Positions 1 to 8,257 of a stretch of DNA of 24,000 nt are shown here, in pieces; positions within the stretch are counted from its first letter, which is position 1, and every line of letters starts with the position of its first letter. The notes beneath the pieces were generated by a model that worked only from the letters and a program-made list of their open reading frames with translations, was not told the origin of the DNA and ran no database searches. Both the position numbers and the translations under genes were made by a program. The stretch comes from Candidatus Parcubacteria bacterium (lineage in GTDB: Bacteria > Patescibacteriota > Minisyncoccia > Phycocordibacterales > GCA-2747955), in assembly GCA_027024305.1 (NCBI GenBank), contig JALVSO010000054.1:1-24000 (forward strand), given 5' to 3'.

Positions 1-1
1 T

Positions 2-343
2 GCTTATACTGGCTCTACCACCACCCAAAACACCACCTTTGAAGAGTTACTCAAAATGGTTAAAGAAGATTGTTATCAATTTCAAACAGGAAGTAAAGAA
101 ATAAAAGAAAAAGGAATAATCTGATCATATTCAAAAGCGGAAAGTAAAGAAGAAATAGAAAAAAGAAAAAAAGAAAGAGAAGAGAGAATAAGAAAAGAAA
201 AAGAAGCATGAGAAAAACTGTCGCCGGAAGAAAAGGAAAGAATAAAAAGAGAAGCGGAAGAGGAAAGCAAAAAAATAGAAGAATATAGAAAACTATCCGA
301 TGAGGAAAAACTAAAAATTTTAAGAAAAGAATTTGGTTATTAA
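2..343 (+). CDS. 3' end of a hypothetical protein with a Lys/Glu-rich tail; 5' end lies outside the window
   Basis: Frame 2 is open from the window edge to TAA at 341-343 if the two in-frame TGA codons (122-124, 209-211) are read as Trp, as elsewhere in the window. A perfect terminator hairpin follows. The 106-aa and 62-aa minus-strand track ORFs here are poly-Phe/Leu antisense shadows of this purine-rich strand. Confidence 0.5.
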
Positions 344-405
344 ACACTCCCAAAATTTCCAAAAAAAAAACAAACCCCAATCCTCAACACTCCAAACACC
401 CTCCC

Positions 406-442
406 AACACCAAGGCAAGACCTTGGTGTTGCTTCCTTTTTT
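406..442 (+). terminator. Rho-independent terminator
   Basis: Perfect 10-bp stem AACACCAAGG (406-415) / CCTTGGTGTT (421-430), 5-nt loop, then GCTTCCTTTTTT. Confidence 0.7.
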
Positions 443-451
443 AGAGTTTGA

Positions 452-838
452 GGGATCTTAGATTGTAATTTGAACCCGAGACTTTTCTTTTCCACTATTT
501 TTTATAATCTGGATCCCGGATAACTAAGTTTTTCATCCATTCGTTCCTCATGGGAAAAACTTATTTCCGGGATGACACGGGCATTGTCGTCCCGGAATTT
601 TATGAGCACCACTTTTGTAGGAATAAAAAGGTTTTAAAATTTTAGTTCCTGAAATTGCAAAAAGTTCAGTTTCGGCTAAATATTTTTTCAAAAGTGGTGC
701 TCGGTCATCCCGGAATGGAATTTTACCCACGAGGAACGAGTGGCTGTAAAATTCCAATATCCGGGATCCAGGGTAATAAATTAAAATCAGCTTTTAAACA
801 GTTGGAATTCTCGGGTTCAACTTACAATCTAAGATCTT
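452..838. repeat. About 386-bp imperfect palindrome (MITE-like element or large hairpin RNA)
   Basis: Nested inverted-repeat blocks: 454-480 with 810-836 (27 bp, 1 mismatch); 511-520 with 760-769 (10/10); 537-554 with 726-743 (16/18, both differences transitions); 565-576 with 704-715 (12/12); 604-617 with 689-702 (14/14). No credible ORF; the 69-aa and 61-aa track ORFs run across the arms. Confidence 0.6.
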
Positions 839-860
839 AAATGCAAAAGATTTTACTCTG

Positions 861-869
861 TGCTATAAT
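861..869 (+). promoter_or_regulatory. Extended -10 promoter element (TGCTATAAT) for tig
   Basis: TGnTATAAT match ends 9 nt before the tig ATG at 879. No Shine-Dalgarno sequence lies between them. Confidence 0.45.
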
Positions 870-878
870 TCCCTTCAT

Positions 879-1922
879 ATGAAATTTAAAACAGAAGTTG
901 AAAGAAAGAAAAATTCCATTGTTGAGGTTAAGGTAAAAATGGATTTTTCCGAGGTGGAAAAAAGAAAGGAAGTGGTTTTGGAAAAGTTGGCCGGTGAGGT
1001 GGAAGTGGAAGGGTTTAGAAAAGGTAAAGCACCCAAGGATGTGGTAGAGAAGAAGTTGGGAGAAGAAAGAATTTTGCAGGAAGCTTCCCAGGAAGTCATC
1101 AATGAGGTTTTTCCGGAGATTTTGAAAAAAGAAAAAATTCAAATCATCGGTTATCCCTCCATCACCGTAACCAAGCTGGCTCCCGGCAATGATTTTGAAT
1201 TTAGCGCCGAGATGGCCGTTTATCCGGAAGTTAAATTGCCTGATTATAAAAAGATAGCCAAAAGCATTAAAAAGGAGGTTAGGAAGGTTGGAAAGGAAGA
1301 TATTGAGAAGGTGGAGAAAAATCTCATTGATATGCAAAATCATATGGCTCAAAATCATGAGCACAGGGAAGGTGAGAAATGCGACCATGAACATAAGGAG
1401 GTTAAAGAATTGACCGATGATTTTGTAAAACAACTGGGCCCCTTTAAGGATGTGACCGATTTCAGAAAGAGATTGGAAGAGGATTTGAAAAAGGAAGCCG
1501 AGGCCGAGGCCGTGGCCAAGCACCGGGGAGAAATTGCCGAGGCCATTTTGAAAGAGGTTAAAATGGAAGTGCCGGAAATTTTAATTAATGCCGAACTTGA
1601 TAAAATCATCGCCCAAATGAAAGACGATATGATGAGGTCTGGTCAAGATTTTGATAAATATCTGAAAGAACAGGGAAAAACGGAAATGGATATCAGAAAC
1701 GACTATCGGGAAGAGGCCGAGAAAAGAGCCAAGATTGAAATTATTTTAAAGGAGATTGCCAAGGCTGAAAAGATTAAACCCGACGAAGAGGAGATGAAAA
1801 AGCAAGTTGATTTGATTATGAAAACCTACGGAGAAGCCAACGCGGAAAATGTAGCTCTCTATGTGGAGAATATTATGATCAATGAGGCTGTAATGAAATT
1901 TTTGGAGTCGCTGTCGGAGTAG
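879..1922 (+). CDS. tig: Trigger factor, short form lacking the FKBP/PPIase domain
   Basis: The N-terminal ribosome-binding domain carries the GFRKGKAP signature (trigger factor GFRxGxxP). The C-terminal arm-like region follows directly after a His-rich linker (NHMAQNHEHREGEKCDHEHKE). Length is 347 aa versus about 430 aa for canonical TF. Ends in TAG. Confidence 0.8.
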   Translation: MKFKTEVERKKNSIVEVKVKMDFSEVEKRKEVVLEKLAGEVEVEGFRKGKAPKDVVEKKLGEERILQEASQEVINEVFPEILKKEKIQIIGYPSITVTKLAPGNDFEFSAEMAVYPEVKLPDYKKIAKSIKKEVRKVGKEDIEKVEKNLIDMQNHMAQNHEHREGEKCDHEHKEVKELTDDFVKQLGPFKDVTDFRKRLEEDLKKEAEAEAVAKHRGEIAEAILKEVKMEVPEILINAELDKIIAQMKDDMMRSGQDFDKYLKEQGKTEMDIRNDYREEAEKRAKIEIILKEIAKAEKIKPDEEEMKKQVDLIMKTYGEANAENVALYVENIMINEAVMKFLESLSE

Positions 1923-2074
1923 AAAATAATGAAAGTCACGGAATTTCGTCATTGCGAGGGGTTCGGAACGGATGTGGAGAACAACAAAACAATCCAAATT
2001 TTGGACAGGTTTAAGTTATAATTCAGGACTTTCTATTTATTGCTTGGTTAGAAAAAATACAAAAATGAAAAAAA

Positions 2075-2103
2075 GAAAATCGCCGGAGGCGGTTTTCTTT
2101 ATC
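2075..2103 (+). terminator. Rho-independent terminator
   Basis: GAAAATCGCC (2075-2084) / GGCGGTTTTC (2088-2097): 10-bp stem with one G:U, 3-nt loop, T-rich tail. Confidence 0.5.
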
Positions 2104-2230
2104 CAAAAAGCTCCCCACTATGCCGAGGACAGAATAGCTTGCCTTTTTTGTTGTATATTGTATAATTATAATGGTTTTTGAGTATTTGGCTCAAGTTGTT
2201 TTCTAATTTTTTAAAAGAGAGGATAGCGAG

Positions 2231-2761
2231 ATGAAGAAAGAACTGAATCTGAAATTTTTGAATCGCGAAATGGTTGAAAAATGTGCCGAGAGAGTCTTAG
2301 AGGTTACTATCTACAATGAGGATTGGAGGGAGAAGTACGGAAATGGTCCGGTTCAAGGTTATCTGGTTGTTATCGTCCCTAAAATGGTAGTGGATGAAAA
2401 ATTGGAATGGCCTGAATCATATAGCCTTAAACCCCATGCAATTTTTCAGAAAAGTCTGGGTGATAGAAAAAAATGGCCCCGTAATTTTGAGGAAATTGCC
2501 AAGAGTAGAGCGCTCCAGCTTTGGCAGGGGCGTAGTCCAGTCGGAGATGAATATTCCACACCATACCTTCTCTTTGAAGGAGATGAACCCCACAACAGAG
2601 GATTTGCCGATGGAACTGGGCTATTGGTGGTTTCTTTCTCCGGGTATTCGTATGATGGAGATCTAGATGTTTCTAGATTTCTGAATGAGGTTTTGATTGG
2701 TGAATCCTGTCAAAATTTTTGTGAAAGATTTCTTAAAAATCACGATAAGGATTTTGTCTGA
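2231..2761 (+). CDS. Hypothetical protein, 176 aa; weak pattern resemblance to the GlcG/HbpS (DUF336) family
   Basis: Uninterrupted ORF with an SD-like AGAGAGGA about 8 nt upstream of the ATG. It has four TGG Trp codons and no internal TGA. It is the only ORF in the window whose apparent stop is TGA (2759-2761). The DUF336 idea rests only on an ...AKSRA...GG-x-ADGTGLLVVSFSG...D... pattern and is tentative. Confidence 0.55.
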   Translation: MKKELNLKFLNREMVEKCAERVLEVTIYNEDWREKYGNGPVQGYLVVIVPKMVVDEKLEWPESYSLKPHAIFQKSLGDRKKWPRNFEEIAKSRALQLWQGRSPVGDEYSTPYLLFEGDEPHNRGFADGTGLLVVSFSGYSYDGDLDVSRFLNEVLIGESCQNFCERFLKNHDKDFV

Positions 2762-2779
2762 GTCTCCTTTTTTCAACCC

Positions 2780-2807
2780 AAAACCGGGCACAATGCCCGG
2801 TTTTTTT
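2780..2807 (+). terminator. Strong rho-independent terminator
   Basis: Perfect 11-bp stem AAAACCGGGCA (2780-2790) / TGCCCGGTTTT (2794-2804), loop CAA, T7 run. Confidence 0.8.
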
Positions 2808-2808
2808 A

Positions 2809-2817
2809 TGTTAAAAT
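2809..2817 (+). promoter_or_regulatory. Extended -10 element TGTTAAAAT for recJ (leaderless-type spacing)
   Basis: TGnTAAAAT ends 7 nt before the recJ ATG at 2825. Same architecture as at 4666, 6149, 15349 and 19468. Confidence 0.45.
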
Positions 2818-2824
2818 TAGTTCT

Positions 2825-4606
2825 ATGATTGACGCTTATTTGGCTAAAAACTATTTTGTTCATCAGAGTCTTGACGAAAAAGAAATTGAGAAAAGATACG
2901 GGAAAGATTTTAATCGGCTGTTGGCCAATTTATTGTATGCCCGGGGAATTAAAAATAAAAAAGAGGCTGAAAAGTTTTTAAATCCTCGCTGGGAAGAAAA
3001 TCATAATCCTTTTCTTTTTAATGATATGGAGAAGGCCGTGGAAAGAATTTTAAAGGCCGTTAAAAATCAAGAGAAAATTTTAATCTATTCTGACTATGAT
3101 ACCGACGGCATTCCCGGCGGAGCCCTTTTACATAATTTTTTTAAAAAAATAGGCTATGAGAATTTTGCCAACTACATTCCCAACCGAAATCGGGACGGCT
3201 ACGGACTGACCGAGAAGGCGGCCGAGAAAATTGTCCGGGGCGAAATTTTTAAAAATTCTCTTTTCGGGGAAGAGTTGGAAGGGGAGAATTTCAATCCGGA
3301 TTTGGTTATCACCATTGATTGCGGTATCAGTGATATTGAGGCTTCCAAGATTTTAAAAAAGGAAAAAGTGGATTTGATTGTAACCGACCACCATCTGCCG
3401 GGAGAAAAACTGCCGGAGGCTCTGGCCATTTTAAATCATAAGGTTACGGGGGAAAAATATCCCGATAAAAATCTTTGCGGAGCCGGAGTGATTTTTAAAC
3501 TGGTTCAGGCCTTGGTGGAGAGAATTAAAAAAGAAAAAGAATTTGAAATTAAAGAGGGCTGGGAAAAATGACTTCTGGATCTGGTGGCCATATCCACTGT
3601 CTGCGATATGGTGCCCTTGTTGGGAGAAAATAGAATTTTTGTGAAATACGGCCAAATTGTTTTTAAAAATACCCATCGGGAGGGCTTAAACCGTTTGATG
3701 GAAAAGGCTCGTTTAGATAAGAAAAATATTTCCGCCGGGGATTTGGGCTTTATGGTCGGCCCTCGTTTAAATGCCGCTTCCCGCTTGGATGATCCGGTGG
3801 TGGCTTTCAAAACCTTGGCCGAGGAAGGAGAAGAAGCCGTTTTTTCAGCCGAGGAATTGGAGAGGTTGAATAATCGGCGGAAATATCTAACGGCCAAAAT
3901 AATGAAGGAGGTTTATAAAAAACTTTCCCAAAGGGATTTGAAAGAGGTTATTGTTATCGGCAATAGGGATTGACCTCTGGGGGTTTTGGGTCTCATCGCC
4001 GGTAAGGTTGCCGATAAATACCAACGGCCAACTTTTGTCTGATCACAAGCGGAGGGGGAAGAGAAAATTTTAAAAGGCTCCTGTCGCTCCGGAGGAAAAT
4101 ATGATATTCATTCTTTGATGACTGAGGCTTCCGAAGAATTTTTGGGTTTTGGTGGCCATAAAGCTTCCGGAGGTTTTGAAATAAAAGAAGAGAAAATTCA
4201 TTTTTTGGAAGAAAAATTGACGGAGGCTTTGGAGAATACAAAATTGGCCGAAAAGGAAAAAATTATCATTGATGCGGAAATAGGTTTGGACGATGTAACC
4301 TTGGAAAATTATCATGAAATAGAAAAACTGGAACCCTACGGCATGGCCAATCAGAAACCCCATTTCTTTTTTCGGGGAGTGGAAGTTTTTTCGGTAAATT
4401 TTTTCGGCAAGGAGAAAAGCCATCTGGAATTGATTTTTAAAAATTCCCGCAATTTTTCCATTAAAGCCATCGCCTTTTCTTTCCACGACCTTTTGGGAGA
4501 TATCAATTTTTCAGCCGGGGATAGAATAAATTTGGTGGCTTCTTTTGAATTAAATCGCTGAAACGGAGCGGAAAGCTTGAGATTAAAAATTGAGGATATT
4601 TTTTAA
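2825..4606 (+). CDS. recJ: Single-stranded-DNA-specific exonuclease RecJ (593 aa with UGA=Trp)
   Basis: Three same-frame track fragments (2825-3571, 3584-3973, 4115-4561) join through TGA codons at 3569, 3971, 4040 and 4559. DHH motifs are present: YSDYDTDGIPGG, ITIDCG, VTDHH, GGHKASGG. The TGA at 3971 gives GNRDW-PLGVLGLIAGKV, matching the RecJ W-x-GV-GI-A pattern. True stop is TAA at 4604-4606. Confidence 0.9.
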
Positions 4607-4665
4607 AAAAACGACGAAGTCGGACTTGGTGCAAAGGGAAAGTATTTTTTTAATTGGTCATAATC

Positions 4666-4674
4666 TGTTATAAT
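4666..4674 (+). promoter_or_regulatory. Extended -10 element TGTTATAAT
   Basis: Ends 8 nt before the ATG at 4683, with no SD between. Confidence 0.45.
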
Positions 4675-4682
4675 CTTAGATA

Positions 4683-6098
4683 ATGAAGAAAGAGCGTTTT
4701 TTAAATCTTGGTTTAAAAATATTTTTCCTGGGGGTGATTTTTTTGCTGTCTTTTTCCGTTTTTTACTTTTCTGTCCGAGCGGAAGAATTGAAATGTAGTG
4801 ACTACGGAAAAAAAGTTATGTCCCAGGAGGACTATGACAAAATTATTGAAATCTGTGATAGAGAGATTGCCGCCGATAAGGCCGCCCTGAAAAAGAGCGA
4901 GGGAGAAGCCAATGGTATCGCGGCCGAAATTCAGCGTTTGGACCGGGAGATTAAGATTTCCCAAGCTTATATTAACAAAAAGACCGCCAGAGCCAATCGC
5001 CTAAAGAGGGATATAAAATCAACCATTGCCGATATCAAAGAATTGAGTGATCGTCTTGAAACAATCAATCAAACTTTAAAAGACTTACTTTTTCAGAGAA
5101 ACCAGGTAGAAGGCAATACGGCTCTGGAAGCTCTTTTGTCAAAAAAGACCCTTTCGGAATTTTTTGATGATTTAAATACTTCTTCATATTTAGAGAAAAA
5201 GATTTCTCAGGAGGTTAGAGAAATAAAAAAGAAGAAGGAGGATTTGGAAAAGTTGATTATTGAGTTGGAAGAAAGGGAATCGGTGGAAAGGCAATTGGCC
5301 CGGGAAAAGCAAATTGAATATCAAAAAATAGCCAGGAATAAAAAGTATAAAAATGAGCTTCTGGGTATTAAAAAGAAAGAAACCGGCTTTTTGAAGAAAA
5401 GAATTATTGATAAAGAAAAGGCTAAGCAAGCTATTTTAAGGAAAAAGTTTACGGTGGCTTCCGGAGAGAAGGTGACCTTTGGAGAAGCTTTTAATATTAT
5501 TAATCCCTATAAAAGGCAGCTTGGCATGGATCCGGCTTTTGTCTTGGCTATTCTCTTCCAAGAATCCGGCTGGAGCGGAAAAATAGGGGGGAATATAGGT
5601 CAATGTACCTATAATCAAAAAAACCCTTGTGGAAAAAACAGAGTTATGTCCGAGTCCCAGGTTCCCAGTTTTTTGGAAATAATGAAGGGCCTGGGCGGCG
5701 ACCCCAATATTCAGAAAGTTTCTTGTCCGATCTGTAAAGATGGTTCCTATGGGGGTGCCATGGGGCCGGCTCAGTTTATGCCAAAGACTTGAATGGGCAT
5801 AAGGGCTTCGGCGGCCAAAATAATTGGAAAAGATCCGGAAAAAATGTCACCCTTTACCAACCATGATGCCTTTATCGCCGCCGGGGCATATTTGAAAAAT
5901 CAGTACTATTCAAAGTCTTGTACGGATTATGCTAATAAATATAAACATATTTCGTCGGTTAGGACATTGAGAGAGAGATGTGCCGCCGCTCGCTACTACG
6001 CCGGAGGGAATTGGTTTAAGTACCGAATGACCTATGGTGAATCGGTGGTTAAACGGGCAGATAGATTTAGGGCCGATATTGTTACCTTGGAATCATAG
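4683..6098 (+). CDS. Secreted or membrane-anchored coiled-coil protein with a C-terminal lytic-transglycosylase-like domain (471 aa)
   Basis: Track ORFs 4683-5792 and 5793-6098 share a frame and join at TGA 5790-5792. This yields GAMGPAQFMPKTW, the classic Q-F-M-P-x-T-W lytic murein transglycosylase motif, with FQESGW upstream as the candidate catalytic Glu. There is an N-terminal hydrophobic segment and a long heptad-rich region. Ends in TAG. Confidence 0.8.
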
Positions 6099-6104
6099 AA
6101 TGGT

Positions 6105-6133
6105 AAAAAACAATCCTCGGATTGTTTTTTTGT
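6105..6133 (+). terminator. Rho-independent terminator
   Basis: AAAAAACAATC / GATTGTTTTTT stem around a CTCG loop, followed by a T-run. Confidence 0.6.
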
Positions 6134-6148
6134 TTTGTTTTTGAAAAA

Positions 6149-6157
6149 TGTTAGAAT
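6149..6157 (+). promoter_or_regulatory. Extended -10 element TGTTAGAAT for dnaX
   Basis: Ends 6 nt before the dnaX ATG at 6164. The identical 9-mer recurs at 15349 and 19468. Confidence 0.5.
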
Positions 6158-6163
6158 GGAAAA

Positions 6164-7183
6164 ATGAATAATAATGAAATCATTTCCCAGGCTTTGTATA
6201 GGAAATACAGGCCGTCAAATTTTTCGGAGGTGTTGGGCCAGGAAGAGGTGGTTAATTCTTTGAAAAATTCCATTGAAAATGGACGCATTGCCCATGCCTA
6301 TCTTTTTTCCGGAGGGCGGGGTAGCGGTAAAACTTCCATCGCCAGAATTTTTGCTAGGGAGTTGGGAGTTCAGAATGATGATATCTATGAAATTGATGCC
6401 GCCTCCAATCGGGGTATTGAGCAAATCAGAGAGTTGAGAAATTCGGTGGAGATTCTGCCCATGGCTTCCGATTATAAAGTTTATATTATAGACGAAGCCC
6501 ATATGTTGACCAAGGAAGCTTTTAATGCTCTTTTGAAGACTCTGGAAGAGCCTCCCAAGCATGTTATCTTTATTCTGGCCACCACTGAAAAGCATAAAGT
6601 TTTGGACACCATTCTTTCTCGTTGCCAGGTTTTCGATTTTAAAAAAGCCAAGGTGGAAACCTTGATTAAGTTGATAGAGAGCGTGACGGAAAAGGAAGGG
6701 ATTGAAATTGATCAAAAATCCAAGGAGCATATTGCTACTTTGGGTAACGGCTCTTTCCGGGATACTTTGAGTCAGTTGCAAAAAGCCATTTCCATTTTCG
6801 GTTCAAAAATAGATTTTGAGACCCTGCAAAAAGAATTTCTGCCGGAAGACAATGATTTGCTTTTGGAGTTTTTGGATTTGTTGGGACAAGGAAAGAAAGA
6901 AGAGCTTTTAAAAAACTATCTTAAAATCTTAGAGAAAGATTTGGATTTGGATAATTTTTTGGAGAAACTTTTGGAAAAAGCCCGAGCCATTCTTTTGATT
7001 AAAAATTCTCCGGATTTTGAAAAATACTATAGAGAAATTCTGGCGGAAGATGAATTGAAAAGAATGAAAGAAAATAATAGTCTGAACTCTCTACATCTGA
7101 AAAAGATTTTGGAAATGATTGATTTGGCTAAAAAATCCGAAAAGCCGGAGTTGGCCATGGAAATATTTTTAATGGAATTATAG
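6164..7183 (+). CDS. dnaX: DNA polymerase III subunit gamma/tau, short form (339 aa)
   Basis: YRKYRP...F..V.GQ, Walker A GGRGSGKTS, DEAHML, SRC sensor motif. The Zn-finger segment between the Walker A region and the EIDAAS motif is absent. Ends in TAG. Confidence 0.9.
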   Translation: MNNNEIISQALYRKYRPSNFSEVLGQEEVVNSLKNSIENGRIAHAYLFSGGRGSGKTSIARIFARELGVQNDDIYEIDAASNRGIEQIRELRNSVEILPMASDYKVYIIDEAHMLTKEAFNALLKTLEEPPKHVIFILATTEKHKVLDTILSRCQVFDFKKAKVETLIKLIESVTEKEGIEIDQKSKEHIATLGNGSFRDTLSQLQKAISIFGSKIDFETLQKEFLPEDNDLLLEFLDLLGQGKKEELLKNYLKILEKDLDLDNFLEKLLEKARAILLIKNSPDFEKYYREILAEDELKRMKENNSLNSLHLKKILEMIDLAKKSEKPELAMEIFLMEL

Positions 7184-7797
7184 TGAAATATCAAAGATTA
7201 GAAAAAAGCAATTTAGACTTAATTAAAAAAGATAATTCTTTTTTGGATATTTTTTTGCATTTAGCTGAATTAAAGAATACTCTTAGAACTGGTTGGATGA
7301 AATATCACAATTTGGATAAGAGATACGGGGAGAGTGTGGCTGACCATTCTTTTTCCATGGCTACCTTATCATATATTTTGGCCAAAGAATTAAAATTAAA
7401 TTTAGACTATGGCAAGGTTTTAAAAATGGCTCTTTTCCATGAGTTGGGGGAAATTTATCTGGGAGATTTGGTTTCCTGTAAAAATAGAGATTTGAGCCGG
7501 GAAGAAAAAGAAAAAAAGGAAATGGATGCCTTGGATAAATTTTTAGCTTTTCTGGGAGATGAGAGCAAAGGAGAGTTGAAAGATTTATATGAAGAATTTG
7601 AAAAAAGCAAAAGCCCCGAAGCTCGTTTTGTTAAAAGCATGGATCAGCTGGAAGCCGCTTTCCAAGCCTGACTCTATAAAAAAAGAAACTTAGTGGGGGA
7701 GTCGGTTTTAGAATTTAAAGAATATGCTTTAAAAGTGGCCAAAGAAAATGAGGAAGTGGGGCTGATAAAAATTTTGGAAAATTTGGATTTTTCTTAA
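7183..7797 (+). CDS. HD-domain phosphohydrolase, YfbR/HDDC2-like 5'-deoxynucleotidase family (204 aa)
   Basis: GTG start overlaps the dnaX TAG by 1 nt. Motifs LRTGW, ESVADHS and HELGEIYLGD are present. The track ORF stops at TGA 7669-7671; read as Trp, the frame continues to TAA at 7795-7797. Confidence 0.7.
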
Positions 7798-7860
7798 TAA
7801 AAAAGGACACATCGGATGTGTTGAAAATATGAAATTTGCTTCATTAGATTCTATATTTTT

Positions 7861-7979
7861 TGAATAACTGTTATTCAGAAGGTGAATAACTTTGAATAAC
7901 GGCAGGGAAAAGGGCCCGCCGAGCGAAGCTCGGCGGGCTTTGTTATTCAATCAATACCCTATTTTTCAATGGTTATTCA
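7861..7979. promoter_or_regulatory. Cluster of six TGAATAAC/GTTATTCA 8-mers (candidate protein-binding sites)
   Basis: TGAATAAC at 7861, 7883 and 7893; GTTATTCA at 7870, 7942 and 7972. Positions 7861-7877 form a perfect 8+1+8 palindrome. The copies flank the GC-rich hairpin at 7914-7938. Confidence 0.45.
7914..7945. terminator. GC-rich hairpin, probable bidirectional terminator; member of a small GC-rich palindrome family
   Basis: Perfect 11-bp stem GCCCGCCGAGC (7914-7924) / GCTCGGCGGGC (7928-7938), GAA loop, TTTGTT tail. It shares the 13-nt core CGAGCGAAGCTCG with the hairpin inside ligA. Confidence 0.6.
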
Positions 7980-7983
7980 CTTT

Positions 7984-8058
7984 TCTGTGGATAAAATGGT
8001 GTATAAGTGGATAAAAGTGGGGAATTGTGGTTGAAAGTGGTGAATTTATCTATATAAT
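7984..8058 (+). promoter_or_regulatory. Phased GTGG direct-repeat array (MraZ-operator-like) overlapping the putative mraZ promoter
   Basis: GTGG at 7987, 8007, 8017, 8027 and 8037 (with TGGTG at 7997), an exact 10-bp period. Two units read AAAGTGG. TTGAAA (8031-8036), 16 nt, then TATAAT (8053-8058) fits a sigma70-type promoter. Confidence 0.55.
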
Positions 8059-8257
8059 GAAGTCAGGACTTGATTAACATATTTACCGTGTTAATCAGGC
8101 TTATAGCTCTCAAATTCCATCTAAATGCATTTTGATTTTAAATTTTTGTTACTCATACTTTATAAAAATTTTTCTTCGGAATTTGAGGTGCTATCCAAGG
8201 GTTAAAGTTCTTAATCCTTGGATAGCATAAAAATTTTATGCTAAAAAGAAAAATCCT

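Noticed and set aside
60-380. 106-aa and 62-aa minus-strand ORFs rich in Phe/Leu/Ser
   Set aside because: Low-complexity antisense shadows of a purine-rich (GAA/AAA) plus-strand coding region. That region reads cleanly to TAA at 341-343 and is followed by a terminator.
837-1523. 228-aa minus-strand ORF, plus other long antisense ORFs (6215-6781, 9117-9560, 14688-15047, 16154-16522, 18057-18632)
   Set aside because: All lie antisense to strongly supported conserved genes (tig, dnaX, rsmH, ligA, the pseudouridine synthase gene and the NYN gene). They have Phe/Leu/Ser-rich low-complexity compositions typical of shadow ORFs in AT-rich DNA.
1929-2021. 30-codon ORF (MKVTEFRHCEGFGTDVENNKTIQILDRFKL) just after tig, and a possible ~75-nt sRNA between a TATAAT at 2016-2021 and the terminator at 2075-2103
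   Set aside because: There is no SD, no recognisable family and no repeat or structure support. It is plausible but unsupported from sequence alone.
7850-8257. Chromosomal origin of replication (DnaA-box-like 9-mers including a perfect TTATCCACA, followed by an AT-rich stretch)
   Set aside because: Genes on both sides are co-oriented on the + strand, and an origin would normally mark a strand switch. No dnaA or dnaN is adjacent. The strict 10-bp GTGG phasing directly upstream of mraZ is better explained as an MraZ operator. This cannot be excluded without GC skew of the whole contig.
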